A stretch of DNA of 64,000 nt. Origin: Zygnema circumcarinatum SAG 698-1b (taxonomy: Eukaryota; Plantae; Zygnematophyceae). Both the position numbers and the translations under genes were made by a program. The notes below the pieces were generated by a model that ran no database searches, was not told the DNA's origin, and saw only the letters and a list, made by a program, of their open reading frames with translations. Positions 10,869 through 24,570 of the stretch are shown here, in pieces (position 1 is the stretch's first letter; each line of letters begins with the position of its first letter). The stretch is from assembly GCA_037447605.1 (NCBI GenBank), contig CM074813.1, positions 2,046,001 through 2,110,000 on the forward strand, in the 5' to 3' direction.

Positions 10869-13231
10869 ATCATTTTCAGGATGCCAATCATCCACAAGAC
10901 AATTAAACGGACGTGGAATGGAACACCACCCTCCACCTGCCCGTCGTGCAAAACGTTGTTCCCAGCCCAAACGGAGTGAAAGCCTAGAGGTGGAAACCAT
11001 CGGATGCAGCTGAACTCCCTCTGGAAAGCTAGTTACAGCCGTATACAGAGATGCTGAAGAGGTGAGTTGAAACGGCGAACACTTGCTTCACTCATCCCTG
11101 ACTCTGTTGATGTTAGCCCACTCACAATACTTATCTGCTTTAGTTACTGCCGCAATTTGTGTGCTTTTTTCTCCCTATTCTTTGTGTCACCTGTGTGATG
11201 CTCTCCGGCCTGAGAGGATGTCAAAGCCTTTAAACTGATCATCTTTATGAGTTGATGATGGGTTCACCCACACGCTAACCTGCAGTGTCTGTGGTTTGCT
11301 TCTAGCAGTTAGTCGTCAGGATGGCCAGAGTCGCAATGGACAGAGGCTGAGTTGGGGATTGAATGCAGATGGTCAAGCAAATGCCTGACAGCGATCCGAG
11401 AATGTGGGCAAAGCGCAAAGGTAGGCACCACTCTGGACACAACTCAGAGATGGATAGTGTCCAGTCTCCAGTGGTGCTGTGGGAGTGAATTTCCCTCTTG
11501 AGTCCAAGGCAAGCACTGTTTGAGTCATTACCCCCGTCCCCCCCACTCTCTCCGAACTTCGCAGGATTATCCTCTCTTCATGGCCTGCAGAAAATTAGGT
11601 ACAAACCAAAATGTGGTTGTTTTCCTTGGTAAATAACCATGTAATTTATGGGTTTCCAGGTTCTGTCGTCCATCACAACCTTGTACTATCTGCACAGTGA
11701 ACCTACTTTCAAAGGTAAACAATGCTTCTGACACTTCTCCTTCAATGGGATGCTTTCATGTAACTAATCCGAGTCCAGTTTCAAGAGTTTCAAATCTCTG
11801 AGTGGCCATGAGGAGATGAAGGAGCTTTCTGCTTGCAAACTGCCTTCCTTCGCCTGTTTTGTCTTCTTTGACTCTGTGTTTCCTCCCACTTTGGTCGGTT
11901 CAAATAGATATTGCTACGCCGGCAGTCATTGAGTGTATGGAGCTTTTTGTGCGGCGGGCGATGTGAACACTCGCTTCAGCCACTTGGCACAATGCTTTCT
12001 TGACCGACATAATAGACTGCGTGGGACTACGCCTTCTCCTTTTCTCTCTTGCTAAGGAAAAGGAAGAAAGTGGCCTCTGTTTCCACAGCACATTTACGAG
12101 CCTTCGTGAACAGCTGATGCAATGGTCGCTATCCTTCCTCATCTACATCGTGGAGAGGACCTTTGAACCTGATTCAGGTGAGTGGCATGCCAGCCCCCCT
12201 GCAAAGCTCAAGTTCCAAGTTCATTTTCCCTGCAAGCGCCGCAAAAATATGATTGGTTCGACGCCGTCTGTCTGCCCCGGTCAGAAAATAAACCAAAACG
12301 CCGCAAAAAAAAAAACCTTTACGGCGAATCGGAGCTTACAACGTGTCTACTAGAATCACTTTTCCATGGAAACAGGGAAAGTTTTTAGGAGGGATTTTTT
12401 GCACGCGGCCGTTTTTTGAGACTGCGGACCGCCCCCCTGCGGAGGACCTGCCTTGTTTGCTCCGAGCCGCTGCATATGATTCAAGGAGAGGCGAGGGCGG
12501 GCAGATGTGCGGATCATACATCGGAGAAAAATCGCATTCTAACCCTGAAGGTGCGTTCATCGAATGTCTGTGTTTCTCCTTCTTCAACGAACGATGTCCA
12601 AAAACCTTGGCAACTGACTTAGTCAATGTGACAGGAATCCAGCCACTGAAATGCACTTATTTTCATTGCAGGAAAAGCACAATGCGGAGACGTATTCATC
12701 TCCAGACTAAGTGCATTAGATGTCTCTAAAGTTACCGATTTGAAGCTTCAACGTACAATTATAAAAACCCTTTGCTGTCTTGTGACACAGTCAATCAAGA
12801 ATCAGCAAGCTTTGCTAGCGAACATGAAGCAATGGTGAGTTGTTAAAGTGTGAAAGGAACAAAGCAAGGAATTGTATTTCATCGTTGGCCTGCTTTTACA
12901 TTGAACAAAATAGCTCTTGTCTGGCTGACAAGTACGCTGGAAGCTTCTGTCCCTTCGGCTAACGTCGTAAGGTGTCCCCTTTCTGGCTTGTAGTGAATCG
13001 ATGGTCGATAATGATTCTCCCCCCTCGGGTATCATCATAACTGGAAATAGACTCAAGGTGAGGTCTAGTCGGTCCTCGATTTACGGCTCAAAGTGGGAGG
13101 CAGACGAGCCAGTCGTTGAAAACAACAAGACATAATACCACTATTTAAAAAAAAAAAAAAGGTTTCACGCTCTTTAATCGAGAGTTCACACAGTCATTGT
13201 TTACAAACTTATTGACTACATGAGAAGATGT

Positions 13232-13330
13232 AGGACGTTGTTGCGACCATGGTCAGGTTTGATTAATGGCGTTTGATGCAGGACGTTGTTGCGACTATGG
13301 TCAGGTTTGATTAATGGCGTTTGGTGCAGG
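13232..13330. repeat. 48-bp tandem repeat (two copies)
   Basis: aggacgttgttgcgac(c/t)atggtcaggtttgattaatggcgtttg(a/g)tgc at 13232 and 13280. Confidence 0.9.
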
Positions 13331-13643
13331 GAAGAACAGGAGAGAGAGGCAGAGGGAGTGGAGGAAAACGAGGGAGGCAAAGAGAGAGCAAGAAAGTGAA
13401 AGATGAGTATTGGCAAGAGGAGGACCTTGAGGCCAGACAGGGAGGCCTGGCAAGGAGGAAGGAATGATGGACGAGTGAGAGAGGAAAAGGGAGGGAGGGG
13501 GAGGGGGAGAGGGGGTGAGGGAGGGAGGGGGGAGAGGGAGGGGTGAGGGATTGAGGGAAGGAGGGAAGGGGGAGGGGGGCGAGGGGAGGGGGAAGAGTGA
13601 GAGGGGGGAGTGAGGAGGGGGCGAAGATAAGCGAGAGAGAGAG

Positions 13644-16600
13644 TCAAAGCAATTTGTTTTCAGCCTGCAACTGCGAGAAAGAAACGTCCGCCTCTGTGGG
13701 GAGCCTCCCGGCGATGAGTAGCTGATGTGGATAGTCAATGCGAACGCTGTTGTAGTCGAATATCTGCGTAGCAAAGCCTAGAATAGGTCAAAGGAAAGAC
13801 AAAGAGAGAGGGAGGGGGAGAAAGCGAGGGAGAGGGAGAGGGGGAGGGGAGACAACGGGGGAGGGGGAGGAGGGNNNNNNNNNNAGAGGGAGAGGGAGAG
13901 GGAGAGGGAGAGGGAGAGGGAGAAGGGAGCGGGGGAGGGTGATGGAAATGGAGAGAGGAGAGATGGGCGAGGGTCTTCCTCACCTCGTCTCCCCACTGCA
14001 GTTGGATTTGCCGAAGCACCGGATCAAGAACGGTGAGAGTCGAATTTTCATTCAGCTGAGAGGAACACGCCCAGTTTCCCACCCCGTCGAACTGAACTGA
14101 AACTGAGACAGAGAAGTTTTTCCATCACAGGGAACACAGACACTGTTCCTCTTCTCTCGCGAAATGTCAGCTGAAAAAGGGCAGAGGTGATATGCAACAG
14201 CAAATGCTCCGTTGTGCAGCTCACCACACTTCCCTGCAGCGACATGAGGGACAAAGCGAAGCACCGCTGCTTAGCATCTGCGATCACAAACGAGGGGCTG
14301 CAGTCCAGCTGTGAAGACAGGATTAGGTACACTTCTAGGCACAAGAAAGTATGGAAGTTGAAAAGTATAGGAGGAGACGAGGGCGGGGGGGGGGGAGGGG
14401 TTGGAACGGATGGAAAGGATGGAAAATAAAGAAGAATGACAGTAACAAAGAATGGAAAAGGCGATGCCTGTCTGCGCGGGAGAGGGGGTTTGCACCATAG
14501 TTTCTTAGGTTTTTGGACAGCTTACGATAAAAAGTAAAAATAAAAAAAGAAGCAAACGACATTGTAACTCAGTTGCAGGAAGCTTTAGTTTACAGAAGCC
14601 CTAAAGGACCCAAAAACGTACAAGGGGACGGTCGGCTCCTGTGGGATCGCAACAAGAATCCGAAAATGCACGGAAACGCCGACGTTGGGGCCTTCCTTCA
14701 GCTCAGAAAACGTATCCAATCGGTAGCCATTAGGGCCTGCCACGCCCCAAAAACAAAAGAATTTGGGTGGCTCCTCGAACCATAAAAATGTGGTGCCTAC
14801 CCAAACGAAGCCGTACCATCTTTCTCCACCATCAAAAAGCTCAGTCTACATGCATCCACCTTTCTTCAACATCAACAGTTGCATCATACATCGATGCTAA
14901 GCAAAAAAGCTTCCAAAGCCTCCACTTGCATAACCACCCATTCTTACAACTCCCGCCTCTTCCTCCTCCCTCCCTCTCCCTCATTTTTAAGCAGCGGCTT
15001 TCCTTACCGGGCCGAGCTAGAAGAGGCGAAGTCACATCCTCCAGCTGCCTATCTGTCAGCCCTCCCTGCCCCTCAAGCCAACGCTCAGAACCCCTCACTC
15101 TAACAGCCTTACGAACCCTGAAACGGCTGAAACATAGGAAAATATAATAGTATATAATATACTCAGAAGGTACGTTTTTCACCTTTCTTGCTGTGAATTG
15201 CTGCAAGTTCCTCAACAATCCTAAAATCTTTTCGATTTCCGCCTGCGCGGGGAGCAGAGGGTCCCGCAAAGCAGCGGCCTTGAACCCTAACAGTGCCTTT
15301 TCGTACTCCTCCAAATACCAGTACACCTGTCGCCATAAATTTTCGGGTTTGCAGGTTTCTAAGTAAAACTAGAAATGACACATTCTTGTTAAGTTTGCTT
15401 CCATTCTGTTCATTAAACTCAAAAATAAATGCCCAAGATATTTCTCAACTTCAAACTTATCACAACACTGTTATGCTTCGACAGGAGGTGGTGAGCAGAC
15501 CAACATCTGCGAATGATGACATCAGCATGACACGAGCCACCTATGCTGCATCAAAGCCACGGATTTGTCCGCTACCGTCGCAGAGTTAAAGTGAAGATCC
15601 GGATTCGCTCTAGCGACCTCGTCTCTTTCCTGATTGGCCCGAACAGAGAGAACGAGAGAGAGAGAGAGACAGAGACAGACAGAGTTGTCAGCACTTATCA
15701 TTGGCTGCTGAAGTTCATTGAAGCTTAGAATTCTGAAATTTTCAGATTTAAAAAAAAAAGAAAATCTTTCTGAAACCGAGAGTCTCAGTCCTCCTGCAGT
15801 CAGCCTCCCCTTTCACGAGAAAAGAAAGTATGATCCCCGACTCACCGCATTCTGGTAGGCCTTCAAAGCCGCTTTGAGCTGTCCAAGGTCGCGGGAGGGA
15901 GAGGTGAAAAAATGAGTAAGGCAAGCGTTTCCCAAAGCATCTGCAAAACCCAGATCGCACAAAGCGATTTCGCTATGAACGTACCGCAAAACATTTTCAG
16001 AATCGAACATAGTCGACGTGCAAAAGAGAAGGAACGCTAGAAACCGTTCGAATGTTCGCGACGATTACTCTATGAAAGTCCGTACTTCCTTCCATAATGG
16101 AATGGATGAGATGAGGCGAGATCTATAGTCGAAGGACGCAAAAGCAAGAGGGGACGGGGAATGGGAGAGGGAGCATGGGAGAGAAGGAGAGTAGGCAAGG
16201 AAAAAGAAGTTAGGGTCAGAGAGGAAGAAAGAGAGGAGAGGGGGAGAGAGAGGGAGAGAGGAGAGGGAGTCCTTACACCAGGATGTTCCATCAGTAACGT
16301 CGAGGCTAACTGCCTCCTTTGCATGCAATACGCTTTTTTCTACCAGAGACCTCCCCTCCTCCGCATTGACATCTGCCCGCCAGAGAGAGAGAGAGAGAAT
16401 GTTGGACGAGCACAACTTAAAACAGGGCGAAATCAGAGGAAAGCAACAATTCACATCGCTCTTTCAAAAGTTTTGCCAATTTGATCTTTCCAAAGAAACA
16501 CAAATTTGGAACCATCTTTCAAAAATCACACCTTTCGCAAGCCGCCTCTCCAGCATTGAAAGCTGCTGAAGAGCTTCCTTGTGAGAACCCTGTGCATATC

Positions 16601-18152
16601 CAGCAATAGAAAAAATGTAAGGAACTCTGAAATGTAGAGCACGATGAGGCAAAAGTACGGGCAGGAGCAAGATAAGACGATAGTGCCCTTTCCGAGTTTA
16701 AGTCGAAATTCCACCTTCGCAAGAGCTCTGCAAAAACAAATTCTTGCTGCCCGCAGGTCGCCCTTCTTCCACAGACAGCTTCCGAGTGCAGTCCACCCGT
16801 CGGCAGATGATGGGTCCAACTTAACCTGCAAGGTAAATACTCACCTTAACTCATAAAACTCATAACTTCAGAATATTGCTAAGCTTAAAAAAAAAAAAAG
16901 GGAGAGAGATAGAGAAAGGGGGGGAGAGAGAGAGAGAAATAGAGAGAGAGTGAGAGAAAGTGAGTGTGAGACGTGCAGGGAAGAGGGGAGAAGTGAAGAG
17001 GAGAACAAGGAGGACCAGTATGGGGACAGGGGAGGGATAGAAAGGGAAAGAATCGAGGTAGAAAAGAAAGGAAAGCGGGAGAGATTGACGATAAATGTAC
17101 GCCATGGGCTTTGAATGAATGATTGCATGAATGGATGAATGAATGAATGCGAGTCGGGTTACGCGACTCAAAACTTGGTTTTCAGTGGAACTAACGGCTT
17201 GGAAACATAGAAGACGGGTACTGCGAACTCTAGCTAAAAAACTTGTTTTCTGGGCATTAGAACTGACGCTATACCTGAGAATTTCCTATTTTTATAGTCC
17301 AAACCTGCGCTCGTTTTTTTCTTTCTCTTTTTTTTTTCTTTTTTTTTTCTTTTATTCAGCCTAATATAAGCTTCCAGATCTCACGACTCCAAGTTCTAGA
17401 GTGTGCCTTATCGGAAAGCTCAGAAAAAATGTGAGACTTAAAAAAGTTCAGCATTAACAAATATCCCTCTCCAGTCTCCTCCCGTCTCTCGTCTCTCTCT
17501 TCCCTTCTCTCCTCTCCTCGTCTCTCTCTCCTCAGCCCCACCTTCTCCCTCCCATTCTTTTCTTGCGATTTTGCTTTCTCCCGCTCTTCTTTCCCTCCTG
17601 CTCTCTCTCTCTCTCTATGCTCTCTCTCTCTCTCTTTCCTCACCTTCTGTCACCCTCTGTGAGCACTCACCGCTCTGCAGAGCTTGTCCTCCGCGTGCTT
17701 GCAATAGGCGGGCACAGCGTCCATCGCTCGGCCCTGAAGGAGCGCCACCGCCGCCATCTCAGAGGGAGAAAGCGCAGGATCTTCTCACCAATCGAGGAGA
17801 CAATTAAAAATAAATAAATATTAAATAAAGGTTAAAATAATCAGAGATTAAGACTGTGGAGGCAACAGGCAGAGCAAAATGAGAACGGGGCCGGGGGAAA
17901 GGGAGGGATAGAGGAATGGATAACAGGGCCAGGGGAAAGGAATGGAGAGAAGAAGGGAGCGAGCGGTTACCCTGCAAGACGTCATCCACGAGCCGTACAA
18001 TGGCGGCTGCCTCCTCCGCCATGGCCGCCCTCTTCTCCTCCGCCTCCACCACAAAGCACGTGTCACGGTAGCGGCAGAGCGCTGTCACCTTGGCCTCCGC
18101 CATGGCCACCCGCTCCCGCCACTGAGGCGGAGGGAGAGAGGCGCCCGCCATG
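13644..18152 (-). CDS. TTC5: Tetratricopeptide repeat protein 5 homologue (TPRs plus C-terminal OB fold), ~13 exons
   Basis: GT-AG exons give RYRDTCF; GRAMDAVPAYCKHAEDKLCRA|VKLDP..GWTALGSCLWKKGD; LQQLSMLER; SVLHAKEAVSLDVTDGTSW|YALGNA; NPDLHFNSAT; YLEEYEKALLGFKAAALRDP; ELKEGPN; YNSVRIDYPHQLLIAG, stop at 13644-13646. Confidence 0.9.
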
Positions 18153-18398
18153 GCGGAGGCCGGAGGGGGGGAGGCAGGGAGCAGCTCGCGGGCAGTCTGT
18201 CTGCTCGGAGCTCTCCCATGCGCGCTATGGCTCAGCCGCGTCCAATAGCGGCCTGCCACGTATACACTAGTCACACGTGGCACGTTTCCATTCGTTTTCA
18301 TTAGTTAGTACTTTTTTATTTTCTTAAGCCATGTTGGCCCTTGCCAGAGGGGCCCAGACATGTTTCTCCCCCCCCCTCTCCCTCTCTCTCTCCGCGCC
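18153..18398. promoter_or_regulatory. Short bidirectional promoter between TTC5 and pyruvyltransferase 1
   Basis: Divergent ATGs 246 bp apart; contains ccaat, gccacgta and cacacgtggcacgt (G-box/ABRE-like). Confidence 0.55.
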
Positions 18399-20854
<2,456 letters not shown>

Positions 20855-20864
20855 GAGGCGGAGG

Positions 20865-20865
<1 letters not shown>

Positions 20866-20908
<43 letters not shown>
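20866..20908. repeat. (GAT)n microsatellite just 3' of the stop codon
   Basis: About 14 GAT units. Confidence 0.9.
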
Positions 20909-22048
20909 GTGATGTTGATGTTGGGAGGGGTTCTTGCCATACTGGAGGGGCCTATGGTCTTTCTAGCCTGGTTCAAAGCTGTAAAATAAGTCGAGGCGCC
21001 CTTTATTTTTTTTATTTATCCCTCTCTTCCTCTCTCTCTCTCTCTCCCTCTCTCACTCTTTCTCCCCCATATGTTGTCATCCTCGGCCTGACGCCCTTTC
21101 CTCTCCCTCGCTCCCCATTTCCTGTCTTCCCCCTTTCGTCCCCTCACTTCTCTCTCCACCCCCCTGCCTCAATCCCTTTCCCCGTCCCTCTCCGTCACCC
21201 AATTTCTCTCCTCCTTCCATTTGAAAACAACCTAAACTTTTTTGTCGTGATTCGTTCACACGATTCTTTAGTAGAAATTTTGAAGTACAGTCTTCATCTT
21301 CCAAAATTTACGGATATTTTGAGCTCGTTATCAACCAAAAATTATTCACACTTCGCCAGTCATGTGAAGTTATCCGTATTTTTTGGTCTGGCTGATTTCA
21401 TGGGCTCTGTAATCGGTTGAGGGTTTCTTATCTTCCTTCTTGTTCTCAGCCTCAACATGATGCGAGAAACGCACGCATTGTAGTATCCATAGCAATCCTT
21501 TGTACCTGTCGTCTGTCTAAAAACCCTTCGCATTTCTGACCCCTGTTTGTCAGCATAGAGAGGTTCAAGAGCCTCCGAACATGCAAGATTGAATGACAAT
21601 AGTGCATCAACTGCGTGACTAATACCTTCTGCGCATACGACAACGCATTTGCAGATGAAGAGAGCACGAAACGTCAAACTTCACGCCCTCTAACGTCACC
21701 GCCACCAATATCAAACTCACTCGCTGAATCGGAGGCTGCAAATGGAGATCAGCCACGAGTCACAACAATCTCTCGGCTTGTTCCAGCACCAGGTTCTGCA
21801 AAACGCTTATCTAGCCAATCAAACGAGAACTTCCAGACTCCATGATGCTACGACTCTAAACTTGATCACAGTCAAATAGTGTGGGGCGGCTTCCTATTCC
21901 GGTAAGCCACCCAATGTTAAAAAGACAAAATTGAATCCCCGAGTGGCTTAGCCCTGTCCCCTTCCGAATCCTTCCGCTTGCTTGGGTGGCTCGTTAACCA
22001 GTTTACAGCAGCATCCCTTCCTTTAAAGACTTTGTTCACAACTCACAG

Positions 22049-22290
22049 GCCGCTCAGCTAGCAGCAGCGCTCATGAAGTCCAAAAAGGCCATCTTCTATC
22101 ACGAACGTGAGACAACTCCTTTCCGTTTCTCTATCGCTTGAATCCCAACTTTTAGTCCTGGAATTGTGTACACCTGATTGTTGGTACGCCAAAATATTTT
22201 TTGCAGATGTTTTAGTGAAAGATGCAGACGCGCACAAAGCCACCCCTTGGCACCATGACCAGTCGTACTATCCGGTAGATGGCGGCCAGT
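22049..22290 (+). pseudogene. Phytanoyl-CoA dioxygenase (PhyH, 2OG-Fe(II)) family two-exon fragment
   Basis: Exons 22049-22106 and 22207-~22290 give AAQLAAALMKSKKAIFYHE|HVLVKDADAHKATPWHHDQSYYPVDGGQLCS (TPWHxD iron-binding motif); the reading ends at a poly-T run; no flanking exons found. Confidence 0.65.
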
Positions 22291-22436
22291 TGTGCTCCCT
22301 TTTTTTTTTTTTTTCCTTTTTGGTTCATTCCTTGAATGTTTGCAGACTCAGTGGGCTATGACCAGGCGCGGCTCACACCTTTGCCAGGTGCTCACTCTCA
22401 CTTTCTGACAGTCAGTGTCAGGGTCAGAGTCAGAGC

Positions 22437-22508
22437 TGTCCTGTGGTGTAGTGGCAACACACTACGGCAAGCATCCGTAGGTTCCGGGTTCAAATCCCGG
22501 CTGGGCCA
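22437..22508 (+). tRNA. tRNA-like element (Ala-AGC-derived pseudogene or SINE head)
   Basis: A box tggtgtagtgg, D stem gtgt/acac, anticodon arm ctacgg-caagcat-ccgtag, T arm ccggg-ttcaaat-cccgg, TTTTT at 22520-22524; acceptor stem has two mismatches and U33 is replaced by A. Confidence 0.55.
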
Positions 22509-22953
22509 CTTTCAGTCTGTTTTTCCAGAATAAAATGAGTTATTTTCTGCGGAATGGTGCACTGAAGCAGCAGACATGTTGTTGCCCTATTGTGGGCGAC
22601 TGTTCTTGGCGAAGCCTTCCAAGAAGCAGCTTTACCATCCCTTCTACGACAAGTAAAGGTAAATTCAGTGTTACAAGAACTCCCTGAAAGCCCTATATGA
22701 AGGAACCTCTCCAATTCCCAGCCCCTCCATGTACATGCAAAATGCTACAAATCCCTTCGACAAATATTCTGCTTCAGCGCCCTGCTGTGGTAAATCCTCA
22801 CTCAGCATACCAAGCAGCGGCTTTGAAGCGAGGAGGGTGGCAGCAAGTGGAAGAAAGAGGAAAGTCGAAGAGGTGAAAGAGAGCGAGGCAGGGCGAGAGA
22901 GAGAGAGAGAGAGGGCGGGGGAGAAAGACAAAGGCTCACACTCCGCCGCAACT

Positions 22954-24187
22954 TCAGGGCTTCGTCTTAAAAACTACGCATCGCCGGCGCTCCAAATACT
23001 CAGTCTTTCCGTCCATGTGCTCGAGCTCTATGTCGCCGTTGTCCGTCGGAATGAGCACCCTCGTCAACGGAAGCAACACGCATCGACCCTCATAGAACTC
23101 TCTCCCCTGCTGCTCCTCCGTAGCCCTCTGAAACGCCCTCGCATTCAGCTTAGCAAAACCTGTGTTCGGGTCCCCTGTAATGAAAAACTGGTTCCCAGCA
23201 TTCACCGTCGCCGGCAGCGGGTGGGGGCACTGCAAAAGTGTTCCGTTCTTCCACGACGAGCTCACATAGACGAGCCTTCCCGTCTTGCTGTCTTTGATCG
23301 AGGGACTGAAGTTCCCCAGCCAGCCCTTCCAGTTGAAGGACTTCCTTGAGACTGTGCTCAGAGGGTGGTCCACAGACACTCCATCTCTGAGGTGGAAGCT
23401 GGGAAGTACGTGCTCGTACTGATCAAAGTAAAAGTCGCAGTAACGGAGAGGGCTTTCTGGGCAGCACGTGGGCATGTCCCCCATAGCCATTGCTTCAAAG
23501 GGAGTAATTTCCGGGAGTTCTTTCTCCGCCATGGCTATGGCTATGGCGAGCAGCAGCTGCTGCAGCAGTAGCGGCATCACCTTTGCCGCCTTTCTCACCT
23601 GCAGCACGACAGGCAGCAACTTTCCTTAAAGCGGAGACTTTGTCATTCGGTTATCCAAATTAACTGGTAAAATCAACTCATGTCTGATACAGATCATCAA
23701 AGGATTATGATTACAAAAGTCATGACAAGTTAGGGTCGCGAAAATGGGCAGGAAAAATGCTGGTCTTTCCTATCCTCAACTTTGCTGATTTTTTTCATAG
23801 CCCTATTTTTTTTTCTGAAGATTATTTGCTTAATATAAGCCTGCATTTCCCAGCCAGAACTCACGATGTCTAGTCTATTCTCACCATGACTACTCTGCTT
23901 CCCCTTCCAGAACCTATCCTACAACTCTCCTCCTTTCCGTAACAATACTCTCTAGCATCATCCCTGAGCTTAATCCTGACTTCATTGTATAAGCCCACGG
24001 CAGCAATCAACCCTAATAACCCCGCCCCGTAACAACACTCCCCCTCCCCTCCCGCTTCTCCTCACAACCTATCCGTCACAAATGCAGCATTTCCCTTTAT
24101 CAAAAGAAGCATTCAGCTGCCCGCGCGCGGCTCCCCTCCCCCCCCCCCTCTCTGCCCGTTCCGTCTCGCCCTTGAGCTTACCGCCAT
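22954..24187 (-). CDS. Predicted secreted protein of unknown family, ~216 aa, 6 Cys
   Basis: Micro-exon ATGGCG|gtaag (24182-24187) joined to exon 22954-23598 (ctgcag acceptor); N-terminal LLLQQLLLAIAIAMA signal-like segment; NFS and NGT sequons; uninterrupted, complex sequence. Confidence 0.7.
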
Positions 24188-24301
24188 GGCTCCGCGCCTT
24201 CTAAGGTCTCCCAACGAGACCTGCCCTCTCTCTCTGGCAGACAGACGCGCCCGCTTCTCGCCATTGCCGAATTGTACTCCGACGTCGGCCAATGTCCATT
24301 C

Positions 24302-24368
24302 GCCACGTGCACTACAGTGAACATCATCCACTGGAAATTCGCCACGTGTACAAATGTTCCACGTGTCG
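24302..24368. promoter_or_regulatory. Cluster of three G-box/ABRE motifs upstream of the secreted-protein gene
   Basis: gccacgtgc, gccacgtgt and ccacgtgtc within ~65 bp, 115-180 bp upstream of the minus-strand ATG. Confidence 0.5.
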
Positions 24369-24457
24369 ATTTTCCATTGGACGACGTCCGACCTTAGTTC
24401 CCAACTGCGCGGAGGCTCTCTGTGCGGTGGCAACGGCCAGCGGCGAGTCCGCCCGCG

Positions 24458-24570
24458 GGCAGCGGGCAGGCACTCCGGGCAGCGGGGCAGGCACTGCGGG
24501 CAGCGGGCAGCGGGCAGATACTGCGGGCAGCGGGCAGCACTGCAGGCAGCGGGCAGGCACAGCGGGCAGG
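24458..24570. repeat. Degenerate (GCGGGCA)n minisatellite
   Basis: Repeated gcgggca units interleaved with cact/ggca. Confidence 0.8.

Noticed and set aside
12240-13130. Exon-like or transposon-end-like segments
   Set aside because: No TIR, TSD or recognisable peptide was found.
13232-13330. 48-bp repeats as a CRISPR array
   Set aside because: Head-to-tail copies with no spacers, only two units, in a eukaryotic context.
21450-21850. Minus-strand stop-interrupted frame (LQNLVLEQAERLL.., LNLSMLTNRGQKCEGF..) as a decayed gag or gene
   Set aside because: No diagnostic motif or boundaries; cannot be distinguished from chance.
22954-23598. Secreted protein as a desmid sex pheromone subunit
   Set aside because: Size and secretion would fit, but I cannot recall any sequence match; unsupported without a search.
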